Assembly: GCA_051362555.1 (NCBI GenBank)
Contig: CM120647.1
Location: forward strand, 11,384,651 to 11,448,650
DNA from: Lingula anatina
Lineage: Eukaryota; Animalia; Brachiopoda
Direction of reading: 5' to 3'
Length of the DNA stretch: 64,000 nt
A program made the position numbers and the translations under genes. This document shows, piece after piece, positions 31,464 to 43,200 of the stretch (its first letter is position 1; every line of letters starts with the position of its first letter). The notes beneath the pieces were generated by a model. That model saw nothing but the letters and a program-made list of their open reading frames with translations. It ran no database searches and was not told where the DNA came from.

Positions 31464-34073
31464 ATGTTAACACCTGATTTTTTTCGAAAACACGTTCATG
31501 GGAGCAGTTGGAATAGAAATTTAGCAGAAGTGCCTGATGACTTTTCAATGAAAGAACTAAAAACGTACCTAATCGACAGCAAAGATAGGACATTCGATAG
31601 GAAATCTGTGCGAGCATTCAAGAGTCTAAAAGCTTATCGTTATTTCCAAGATGGGTATGTGCAGAAAATATATACAACAGCTATAGTGGACCAGTCTGTA
31701 TCATCAGAAAAATTATTTATGGCAAAATGTAAGGTCATGGCATCCATGAAACGTCTTGTCTACGATGTCGCCGTATGCCTGGATGTCAACGGCAAGGTCC
31801 TTGGAGGAACATGCAATTGCGTAGCAGGGTGAGTCTTTGCACTTTATGTTATTTAACATCAACGCAATCTTATTTAGATATTGACTAAATGTAAGTTTAT
31901 AACATGTTTAGAATTAACGAAGAATGTTTCAAGATTATGGAATTGCTGTTCCTAGCAAGTAAACTTGGTTTTTAGATCGTTAACAGCAATGAAAATGATG
32001 AACAGTACATGCACACACAGTATAGTGAATTTTTTTTATTTAGATTCAGAACACTGTTTCTTTTATTCCCGTAGAGGTAAATCACAAAATTCTAAATTTG
32101 GCATGCGAGAGCAGATAATGTGACAACAAAGAATTAATGGGCTGCTGACCTGAAGTTTGGTCTTGACATGTCAATTACTTCAAGTTTATTATCATGTGCT
32201 ATGATCTACACCTGAAGTTTGGCACTGACAGTTCAATTAATGACTATATTATCAAGTGCTATGATCTACACTTAAGTTTAATTGGCACTGGCATGTCAAT
32301 TACTAAGTATATTATCTATTGCTCTGATCTACACAGCAATTTTGAATGATATGTTTGATCAACTACATGTGTCATCTCTAAATTTGAAATAATTTGAATT
32401 AATTGTCCTACCATTTTTGTCATATAGAATCTGTGTTTGTTGTATCAGATATGATAATAGCTGCTTTCAGTTATAATTTTAATCAACTTTATAAATACTG
32501 AGTATCATAATTTTTTATAATTCATTCATATTTTATAACATATTATTGACCTGGTAAAAGTTGTCAGTGTTGTTGTATATACATACTTTCATACATATGT
32601 AGCTACGAATAAATCGCTTTGAATTACAGAAGATTTATATTTCAATTATTTGCCATAAATTAAGGTTTGTTATTAATTTTCAGGAAAGGTGAAGCATGTA
32701 GCCATGTGGCAGCCCTTTTGTTTGCAATAGAGGATTTTGTTGCACAAGGTCTACAGGAGACCCCGGACCAACTTACCTGCACTGAGAAGCTGAAACAGTG
32801 GAATGTCCCAGCAAAACGGGCGGTTCAGTATGGTACCATTGACAAAATAAACATATACAGGTAAAAAAATTTTCCTATCGAAGCTGACTTAACTTAATTT
32901 TTTTAAATCTCACATTGTTTTAATAATTATGTTCAACTATAATTGGTTGTTTGTCTGAGATAATTATATTATCTTAATCACTAAGAGTCTTTCAGCTCAG
33001 GATGTTCCATTTTATTGAATGTATTTCTCAAAAACCACATGTTGGACATGTTATGCAATATATATATGTATATGTATATATATATATAAATTTATTGCAG
33101 GCCAGAGTTAGGAAAGAAGAAAGAAATGAAGGAAGGGAAGCCTGACCCTCGACATTTGGAGGACCGTGAGGTGAATGCCACTGCCCTGTCTACTTTACAC
33201 ACAACAATGATGAAACTGGTACCAAAGTGTGGCTTTTCCAAATATGCTGTGCCAGCCCAGAGAGAACCTGATTGCAACCAAGAATCTACATCTTTATTCC
33301 AAGCTTTACCCCCCAGCAAGACAGATATCAAGGAAGCATGTGTCACTTTTTTTACATCACTGCCAAATACTGCAGAGGAGATAAATGCTATTGAACAACA
33401 AACTTTAAGACAGTCACAATCAGGAAAGTGGCATAAAGAGAGACATATTCGTATCACCGCTTCCAATTTTCACTCAGTTGTAAACCGTCGGGAAGCAACA
33501 GACCCAACTCCACTTATGAAGAAGCTGCTTGGCTTTACAAGTGTTTCAACGAGAGCCATGCGTTTTGGGCTGGAATATGAAGAAAGGGCATTGGCCAGAT
33601 ATGCTGAAAAGATGAAACGCAAGGGACTGGATGACATACAAATTGACAAGTGTGGGTTCCGTATATCTGCAGCTCATCCCCACCTTGGTGCTTCTGCAGA
33701 TGGGATTGCCAGTGACTCCCAGAGAGGAAGGGTACTAGTTGAAGTGAAGACACCTTCCTCAACCTGGGGTGACAGTATGGTAGATGCTGCTATGAAACTG
33801 CCATGTTTAAAGTTAGATGAAAACAACAGGCCATATTTGAATCCCAAACATAGCTACTTCACTCAAGTCCAGGGTCAAATGGCTGTGTACAACATTCATG
33901 TGTGTGATTTTGTTTTGTGCACAGAGAAGGATCTCTTTATTGAATCTGTTTTGTTTGATGCTGTTTATTGGGCATCTGTGGTTCCTAAACTGACCAGTTT
34001 TTACAAGACATTCATTTTGCCAGAGTTGGTGTACCCTACTATAAAACACGGATACCCAGTGTTGCAATTGTAA
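31464..34073 (+). CDS. SWIM zinc finger + YqaJ/lambda-exonuclease (PD-(D/E)xK) protein of ISL2EU, about 504 aa, 3 exons
   Basis: Exons 31464-31828, 32684-32860, 33101-34073 with GT/AG junctions and matching phases (2,2). Splicing assembles SWIM CNCVAGKGEACSH. YqaJ motifs Q...W...R...ITASNF, FGLEYE, LGASADG, VEVKTP, YFTQVQGQM...CDFV. AATAAA follows the stop. The start is the first in-frame ATG and is less certain. Confidence 0.93.
32149..32333. repeat. About 62-bp tandem repeat x3 in intron 1 of the YqaJ gene
   Basis: cctgaagtttgg...tcaatta...tattatc...tgct.tgatctaca at 32149, 32211 and 32271. Confidence 0.85.
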
Positions 34074-35052
34074 TGCTGAAAATAAAAACTGAATTCAAGT
34101 TTTATTCTATACATATGGATTCAATACCAAACTGAGAATATGTGCAATGTTATTTAGCAGCAAATTGTGATCTTGGGTTGTGAAAATCTAGTGTTTTATT
34201 TTCATGCTGTTACAATAAGCCTTGCATGGTAATAGTCCTTTTTTGAAAAATACTTTTTTTGTGTATTTAACATTGATATAGATATTAAATAACACTGTGA
34301 TGAAGTTAAGGTTTAAAAATATGGTTGTATCAGATGGTGCTATTATATAGGTTTTACTGGAGTACAGTAGAATGGAAATGGTTCTCAGGAGTGAACTTTC
34401 TTCTTAGACTTGATTTTTATGTTATTGATCAGTTGATGTAGGATTCAAGTGCAATTTGTATATATTTTATGTATTTAGCAGTGCAATGGATATTTAATTA
34501 CATTGTGATAATGTTTTTAATTATAACTTGGTCTCAGATGATGGTGCTTTAAATTAACATTTCCCATGTTGTTTGGCTTAATTTTACTAAGGTGTTAACA
34601 TGCAGCTTTTTTATCTTAATTTTAATTGGAAGATGGCACGATGCTAGTGCATTTACTAGTACAGTAATTTATTTGCAAACTTGGACATACAACAACTTGG
34701 CAGAGAACAAATCAAATATCTTTGTGATAATATTTTTGTACACAGTTTTACTTTTCTAAATAAACCGATGAAAGAAAGTAAATTTGTTGTGCTTAGCTTC
34801 TTCAATATAATTATCACAGCCATCTGAACTGACAAAGATGTGCACTAAGGAGAAACTGAAAAAATGTTTGAAATTTGGCTGATTAAGTCGCCATTCTTTA
34901 CACCTCATTGTTTTATGACATTCTCAAGGCATTGGATATTTAAGTATGATTATCAATAATAATAATAATGGTGAAGCCTTTTGAAAGTCACTAATAAACT
35001 AAATTTTCATGAAAGTTTAGGCACATTAATAACCCCTAAATGACAACAACTG

Positions 35053-37144
35053 TTACAATATTGGTGTTTGGAAGTTAGTTAAATAAGCACACACTTTAAA
35101 AATGTCTGAAATCAAGCTGTGCAGTGATAAGGGCACCACTCCGTCAAGAATATGAAATGTCTTGATTCTCTGAATGGCCCTTTCAACATGAATTCTCACA
35201 GAGGCAATTCTACGCGTTTCCTCTACCTGTTGGGCTGACAGTTGGGTTTCATTTCTGTTTATGAAAGGAGGAATGTTTAGAGTTACACCTTTTCCCACCA
35301 AAAGGTCTGATATGTCAAAACCTCTGTCCGCCATGACATTGTCTCCCTCCTGGAGTAGCTCAAGAATCCCACAGTCCTTTGTGATAAACTTATCCGATGC
35401 CGAACCACCATACAGATCTGACACATATGACAAAGTACCATCAGGGGATATTCCAACGAGGCCCTTGTATGTGTTGTGGTGTTTGTAATTGGACCACAAT
35501 TCCCTCTGAGATTTAAGTGATGAGGGTTTCTGAACATACACTTCTGTGCAATCGATGACAACTCTGGTATCAGGGTAATCTGAAAAACAGGCAGGCAGGT
35601 GTGGTCTGACCTCTTCAACACTAGGAAATCTTGTAATTGCCTCCAGTTCTTTTCTTAAAAATCTAATCCAGACATCAAAAATTTTGGAAAAAAAACCTTC
35701 AGAAATACACAATCTTTGGGATATATCCCTAACAAACAAGCCAACCTTTAACCTGACAAGAACTGCAAAAAACTCATCAATCAAATCAAGTTTCCGAGCT
35801 GACTGATACTTTCCTGTGCCCCGACCAGTGATATTCAGATGCTTAGCTTTAGGCTCCAGGTAGGTGAAAAGGGCATTAAATACTGCCACACTGGGAAGAC
35901 CAGTCCAAAATTGAACGCTTGATTCATTGAGGATGTCTTGTGCACAAAATTTTGGCTGGCTCAAAGCAATGCGCTGTTCTAATAATTCAATATGTTTCTG
36001 ACTTTTTTCCAGTCTTAGTATCAGCTCTGCTTTTTCTTTATCACTATCCGCTGCAGCCTCTTTATCTCTGCTGAATTCTGTCTGGCAGCTGCTGTCCTCA
36101 GTCATGCTAGTTCTAAAACATTGTCTTTTGGCATAAGAGTGGTCACTACCCTGAATCTCTTCCTCCTCTTCACAAGTATCAAGAGGTACTTCAAAGGTAA
36201 CCTTGAAGAAATAAATGGTAATATAAGTAAACATATCAACAAGGCATGTTCAAAACTGGGGTAGTAAACAATCATATTGAATAGTCATAGTATTTGAAAG
36301 CTATAAACAGTTCGCTGACTACTCCTATCTACCTGTGCAGGTATACTTTTGAAGTGACAAAGTAATCTGTTGTTTGTTACAAGATGATGTCACACCTAGG
36401 ATTCCAATTATTAGTGCAATAAAAGAAAGTCAGGTTACAGGATGATCTTACCTCATCCACCTGGCATAATTAGTGTGATAGATAGTAATTACAAGTGTAG
36501 GTGTGAGCAAGTCGATTGTTTGCCCACCTGCACTGGGGTACTAGCTGTAGCTAATCGTTTTAATCATCTACAAATAGAATAAAACCACCTCCTTGTATAT
36601 TCCACACTACCTACCTGCTAACGTTTAATTAAAGAAAAAACAGTCACTTTAACAGATGTCATCATACACACTGTCATAAAAAATGTATAAACATATAGTC
36701 AACGATACTGAATTCATTGATACTTACATCTGAGTTCTGGACAAGGGGAAATACAACTTCTTGGCCCACATCTGGGACACAGTTTCCTACCACGATGGCT
36801 TTTCTAGTCCCACTCTCCACCGCTTCGGCCCATGTCGCACTTGAAATACTGTTTGAAGTTCGCCTAGCTTTAACCGTTTTGCGTGACTTTGGTAAATCAA
36901 CTGATGGTACTGCATCAATAGACTTACTGTCTTTCCTGTTTGGCTTTCCGGATTGGAAGTGACAGCCACAGACTTTGAAGTTTTCAGTTATATCTTTCAA
37001 TGAAATGTCCGCACGACCAGTGGCAATAATCCATAGCAATTTCGAACGTCTGTCCTTTGGAAATACAAAAAAACTACAAACATTGCCTTTTCTACCTCTC
37101 CAGTGGCTGCAGTTATACACACAGCAGTTGTCGTGGCCACCCAT
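35053..37144 (-). CDS. ISL2EU transposase: THAP zinc finger, coiled coil, HTH and Harbinger-type DDE domain, about 521-524 aa
   Basis: Exon 1 37144-36728 (CCVYNC...FP...W...VCGCHF, THAP C2CH; donor GTAAGT), last exon 36201-35053 (acceptor tttcttcaag), joined in phase 0; possible 9-nt exon 36460-36452. Motifs FWTGLP, IDCTE, MADRGF, RIHVERAIQRIK; no stops or frameshifts. Confidence 0.95.
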
Positions 37145-37230
37145 GACCGATAAATGCAAAGAGCGGGAGATCTACTTTATATCGTGACAGCCGCCCATCT
37201 ACTCTTTCCCCCTGAGAAACAGTCCCGCAC

Positions 37231-37255
37231 AAAATGGCGCGAACTGCGCATGCTC
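37231..37255. promoter_or_regulatory. Putative transposase promoter: YY1-like and NRF1-like motifs
   Basis: AAAATGGCG (37231-37239) and TGCGCATGCTC (37245-37255) between the transposase ATG and the right TIR. Confidence 0.45.
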
Positions 37256-38029
37256 ACGATTTCGTGGAAAAGACTCTATTTAGGGACCCGCCATTTTGAA
37301 AAAATAGGATGAAAAGTTGTCTATTTGAAACGATGTTTTTCATCTAAAGGATTGACTCATTTAATACTAAAGGGATGTATTGTAATGATGCACGTGCTTA
37401 ACTAACCAGAAAAACATAAATTATGTGCATACATCACGCACTTAAGAAGAAAAAAGTCCTAAACATGGAGGTCCCGCTGAATCGGCCTCAGATCTTCGAA
37501 CTAACGCTGCTTTCTGCACTGACAAATTTGACTGACAGCCACCGTATGAACATAAAACAATGCTCAAAGCAGATTATCAACTCTCACTCACCTTTATAGT
37601 ATCGATCGACTTGGCGTTTTTCTAAGTATAACTTCCAAATATTCGCATTAAACATGAATAAATCAAGACGTATACGCACTGGTTCAGCTTCTCCGTCTTG
37701 AGTCACGCGGAGGCGAGCGGAGGATTAGACCAGTTACGAGGATCGAATTTCAAAGGACGCCGCTTTGAAAAGAATGCTGCGATCTGATTGGACGAGAGAG
37801 ATAATTGATGTCCCGTTTCTACTCCTTCTCATTATAACTTCTTGGTCTGTGATACTTCACAAGGAATTAAACCTGATAATACCTAGCCGTATGACTCAAG
37901 TGACAGACGCATCAGGGTTAAGCTCTTGCGAAGGATAAAAAAAAACAAAACAATGATTATATATCACAATCCATTAAAGAGGTGTGCCCCCCCCCCCCAG
38001 TATACCATGTGCACCCCAGTATACCCCCC

Positions 38030-38068
<39 letters not shown>

Positions 38069-39322
38069 CCAAATTCCTCGTCCACCTGCTCAGAAATCAG
38101 AATCAGAAACGTCTCATCTAGCGTATTCCGGAGAGCTGGCGTTGCCTGGCGCTTTTGATTAAAAAAAATTCGCCATGGAAACTTCTTTTTTGTAAAATGA
38201 GACACATAATATGTAAATTAAGACTCTCCGATCACAAATGTGGAGATCAGTCAGTCGGTAGTTGATCATCGAAAACGAATTTAGGCCGATGTGCTAATGC
38301 CACAAGCAGCGACATCTCATCTAACGCATTCCAATCAGACGGGTCCGTTATACCTGCGTTTACCAGGAGCTTTTGATTGACAGGATTCTACAGAAAAATA
38401 GACGTTCATTATAGAATAAGACACCGAATTAAAGATTTTCAATATAGGAAGTTCTAAGTCGTCCAACCTTATCAGTATGACGTATGCCATGTAAATCAAG
38501 TATCTTCAATCACAGAATGATGACTTATATATCTAGGCTCTCGATATATACATCTAGACAAATTAATCACAAATGGCGACATTTTTTGAAATGATCTGTA
38601 CCGGTATCGTTCATCATCTCTCTCTCTCACATACACACGCGCACACACACACGGGCGCGCGAGCGTGAACGCACACGCACACATACTCACGCACACACAC
38701 ACACACACACACACAAGCACACACAAACACACGTACGAATTCTCTTGAACTCTCCACTCCCCACTCCTCTCTCTCTCTCTCCATTAATCCACAAACTAGC
38801 GCACGTAATTTCAACTCACAACACGCTGATGACAGTGACCTGTTTTTCATTTTACCATTCATTCCAACAAATATCAAATGACATTACACACATGCAAAAT
38901 GCAAAAATGCGACTGAGCTTCTTGAGTTGCAAAGAGGCGTCTTTTTTTCTTACCACGAAGAGCACTTAACCGTCTCGTGTATTAATAGAATCATGTCCTA
39001 GTTTTCAAAAGTTAACAACCACTGTACAGCGATCTTTTATTAAGGGTCATTCTAAATGAATACTACAACGGACGCGCTGACTGGACATGGCTGAAATTAT
39101 ATTAAAGAATTGGTAGGGTCACGGACTTGCAGCGATTCACATCCAGGTTACTAGGATAGACCCAGGCAACTCGTTAGCACTGTGGCTACTCGGATGTGTA
39201 CTTCCCAAGGTCACAACATCTGATCGTTTACGGAAATGGCCTTGTACTGATTTATATGCATTGATACAGTCAAAGGATATAGATCTAGGATCACAAGTGA
39301 CAAAGTATAAAAGGCTGTCATA

Positions 39323-39433
39323 ATGGGAATTCGAAGCCGGCTGCCGGACGTTACAATACCAGATGTGGACTTGGCCAAGTTTGTCCTGGATAATATAGAC
39401 CAGTATGAGGAGAGTGTGGCCCTGGTAATACGC

Positions 39434-39521
<88 letters not shown>

Positions 39522-40197
39522 TACTACTGGAATCATAAGTTTTCTGTCCTCTAGCTGTTGTTGCACGCACAAACACACATACGCACACACACACACACAC
39601 ACACATTCGCCTTCATTGTTAGCCTCTAGAGCAGAATAAATTCCCAGATGAGACTTCTTCACCCACTTACTGTACATATATTTATTTCTCAAAAGCAAGC
39701 AGAAGATTCAAAGCAACAAGGTTAAGGCCTACTCGTATAGAATTGTTTTTTTTTTATCATTATAAAGTACGTCAGTGATCTAAGAACATTTTGAATTTGT
39801 TCTGATTGGTATACGTAAGGCTAAGTCATGTCAGACTAACACCCTTTATTATTCTCTCCTTTTAAAACATTTTCTTAACGCTAAGTATAGGTACACGGTA
39901 CCTGGTTTCATTCATCCCCATAGTAACAGCATAGCTACCTGACTGAATTCTGGTGCATTTGGAATACCATTATACGACCGTACTACATCATGAGGACCCT
40001 GTGGGGAGGCCTCGGTGGGGAGTTACTGGGTTTCTTGTTTGTGAGGCTCCAGAAGGGGGTCCTGGGTTTATTTAGCTTGATGAGGCCCTGGTGATGAGTT
40101 TGGGGGTTTTATATTTCGGTGAGGCCTAAGGTGTGGAGTTCCGGGTGTCTGTACTTTGATGAGGACCGCCCGGTTGTGGTGGTGGTCGTATGTGTGT

Positions 40198-40228
<31 letters not shown>

Positions 40229-43200
40229 GGGGGGGGGGGAGGGGGAGTGGTAGGGACAATAAGGTCCCGGTAGTGGGGTGGCTGATGCCGCACGCCGTAA
40301 ATCGGTTGTCGGGAAGAAATTGTTTGAGACTTTGACATAAATTACATCAGGCAATTCCCAGACTCCACTGTCCTCGTCCATAAGCTGTAAAGTGATCTTG
40401 TTGCCTTCAGCATGTAACTCGCTGTCCTCGTCCATAAGCTGGAAAGGGATCTTGTTGCCTGCAGCATGTAATTCAATCGCTCGCCTGCGTAACTAGTTCA
40501 TTATTTAAGCAAAGTGTTTTTTCTTTGTTCTTTATGCTGTACAATGTTAAAACATTAAAAATCTCAGTATAAGATCGCTTGGTTCTTCTTTAAAGGGACA
40601 ATTGAGACAAACTGCTGTGCGGATCGGTTTGAATTAAAAGACAATGACAACTTTGACGATGTCGACAGTGTTTCATAACTGATAAAATAGATAAGAATAA
40701 AACAATGTTCATGATCATCTTTCATACCACCCTTTTTTATTTCTGTCTTAAGGTTGACTCACAGAGTGGGGCGAAATACACGTTTGGTGACGTCAGGGAC
40801 CACGTGCGTAGAATTGGTAGCGCGCTCACTCGGCTGGGGTTCAAGAAGGGGGACGTGTTCTGCGTCTACAGCCCGAACGTTCCCGAGTTTGCCCTGATAT
40901 TGCTCGGCGTTCTTGCCGTCGGAGGAACAGTCACTACCGCTAACCCACAGTACACGAAAGGTGACAAATCTTAACATGAATAAGATCTGCTTGACTCGAC
41001 TGTTTATTTCTTTATTCATTTTGTTTTAATGTAAAGAGAGCCTTAAATGTCTTTCGAATCTTTACCCCAGGATAAAAAATCATTTTTTTTTCTTCAATGA
41101 GCAGTTGGAACTGACATTTGGTGCTGCTGAAAAGTGGAGCTTGTAACGCCATTGTTTTTGTCAATACACTTTATTTAGAGATCAAATAATTTCCTCGCTG
41201 TTCCCGGTATAATCAGAATAAGACATTTTCATTATTATCCCTAGATGAACTGAGCAAACAGATGAAGATCACACCTGTAAAATACATGGTGACGGTTCCG
41301 GAGTCTTCACAGAAAGCTCTACAAGCCGCTGCAGAAAACGATATCAAGGTGATATACCTCACAGTTTTTCTTTAAAAAAATATAGACAGGAAAAGGAAAT
41401 GAAAAAATGATAATGCTCGTGCTTCCAAAGAAAACGTGTGTATATTAATTTTTTCCCTCTGTGTATCTTAAAACATTATAAAAGATAAAATGCATAATAT
41501 TGACATTTGAATTGAACTGGTTAAAATATAATATCAGAATACACAAATTGTCTGTATAGTCATTTTTAATTCAATTTTTCACCACACAGTATTTCGACCT
41601 CAATTGTTCAAAAGATTTTTAAATCTATGTTTTAAGTCAGTGTTCGTGTTTGGGCATGCCCCAGGATGTAGGCCATTCCATGACCTTCTTCGAGATGATG
41701 GCCACGCCTTCCCTCATGACGTCATAATCTCGCCGCAAGATGTCGCTCTCCTCCCATTCTCCAGCGGGACCACAGGTCTGCCAAAAGCTGTCATGCTCAC
41801 GCATCATAACATCGTTGGGAACTTGATGCAAATGAGGTACGGTTTCTACTGTGAATATGTCTAGAAAATAAGGATATGACAAGGACAATGTTTACTCACC
41901 TGTGGAGATGAATGAATTGTGTTTCTTCTGATTGTTGTTTATGTCTTATATTGCCGGTGCGTTGAAAGTATAGATTTGAAAAAAAAAGTTTACACGAAAT
42001 ACAATAAAACCTCGTTTCTGCTTCATATTGGTCATGGTTAATACACATTATAGTTTATAAGTTAGAAAAAAGACGATAAAACACAGTTACAAACTTTTCA
42101 TCTTGCGCCGTGATGTCACTTTTTTATATCTTTAATTAATTGATTTATTTTTTGTCAGAGAGTTTTTATACGCTGGGCGTCCTGGGGTTGACGGCTTTCT
42201 TGGTTTCCTTCCGTTCTTTCATTTGTTTGGCTTGGCCATCATCCTCATTGGTGCTCTGAAGTTTAGGTTGAAAGTAGTATGCATGAAGAAATTCGATTTC
42301 GAAGAGTTTCTGGCTTGTATTGAAGCCCACAAGGTGAGTGAGCAATCTCGGTCAACTTAAAGGTAATTTAAAACATTACAAACGTCTGATGTTCCTTTCA
42401 CATTATCCTGTAGCACATTCCGATACAGAGGAAAATTCAGAATTGATTTCGTGAAATCTGACTCGTGAAATTGACACTCTCATAACTTGACCATCTCATC
42501 AACAATCATTAAGACACTGTTCGATTCAGTACTACATGTAGTAGCAGTTGCTCTTGCTAAAGTGCAATGGTGTAATCAGCTTAATATGTCCAACACACCT
42601 CCCTGAGTAGCTACTTATTTAGTTGATTAATCTCTAGCAACTCGAGGAGGCAAGTCAGACATTTAAGCCGCTTACAGTGATAGCACTCAGGCACTTGGGC
42701 AGAATCTCCCGCAGAGTTTGATCGATCCAGCTAAAATGCTGGGTTTATCTGTACTTTCCCTTATTGTTTAAGCTTATAAAAGATATTCTTATAAAACGAA
42801 ATCCAGTTTTCCCGGAGGAAAAAAAATACCTTATCACAAAAAAAAATGCTCAAAATGCCCTTGCTAGAGTCCGATGTTTTGCACCATTTATAATTAAATA
42901 TCATAGTTCTAAACCATTTATGATTCATTTAGACCGCGTTGTCTGCACGGCATTTCAGTAGGACATCTAGACATCAGGTTATATAATTTTGGGGATTTCA
43001 TCGGTCGGTATTGGGAAAAATAAGTAGACCTACCTGCATAGGTTATGCAGACACGAAAACATATTTCTTTGAGTTTTCAAACGCATTAAACACCTTTTTT
43101 TTGAATTATTGTTGAAGATCCGGTACCTTTTCGTGGTACCGCCCATCGCCATATTGCTAGCCAAGCACCCTCTGGTGGACAGATACGACCTCTCCAGCCT

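Larger units (their letters stand above)
31307..37277. mobile_element. Autonomous-type ISL2EU DNA transposon (PIF/Harbinger-related PHIS group), 5,971 bp
   Basis: 15-bp perfect TIR AGAGTCTTTTCCACG (31307-31321 and 37263-37277); 2-bp AT TSD (31305-31306, 37278-37279) confirmed by the empty site ccaAT-ttaggg in the neighbouring repeat unit; encodes a THAP-DDE transposase plus a YqaJ nuclease, the ISL2EU gene pair. Confidence 0.95.
30889..37438. repeat. 211-bp tandem array (about 2.75 units) interrupted by the ISL2EU element
   Basis: The marker accc.ccattttgaaaaa starts at 30891, 31102 and 37286; 37286 minus 5,973 inserted bases gives 31313, exactly one more 211-bp period. Confidence 0.95.
29589..37844. 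mobile_element. Non-autonomous TIR DNA transposon, P-element-like (2,283 bp without the nested insertion)
   Basis: Perfect 30-bp TIR CAAGAAGTTATAATGAGAAGGAGTAGAAAC (29589-29618 and 37815-37844) and exact 7-bp TSD GTCTGTG (29582-29588, 37845-37851). CA...TG ends with 7-8 bp TSDs are typical of the P superfamily; this assignment is an inference. Confidence 0.9.

Noticed and set aside
33126-34073. YqaJ ORF as phage or bacterial contamination or an endogenous virus
   Set aside because: It is the last exon of a spliceosomal-intron gene inside a TIR/TSD-bounded eukaryotic transposon.
33092-35621. Antisense or alternate-frame ORFs overlapping real exons (33092-33466, 33813-34067, 35261-35488, 35283-35621; also 48910-49155 and 61608-61880)
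   Set aside because: Shadows of genuine coding sequence with no motifs of their own.
36674-37159. Stand-alone cellular THAP gene, or the transposase of the outer P-like element
   Set aside because: It splices in frame to a Harbinger-type DDE exon and lies within the inner TIRs; the catalytic motifs are not P-type.
30889-37438. Direct repeats flanking the transposon read as LTRs or long terminal direct repeats
   Set aside because: They are units of a pre-existing 211-bp tandem array; the period is restored exactly when the ISL2EU and its AT duplication are removed.
39306-39313. TATAAAAG as the TATA box of the acyl-CoA synthetase
   Set aside because: Only about 10 bp upstream of the ATG, too close to leave room for a start site 25-30 bp downstream.
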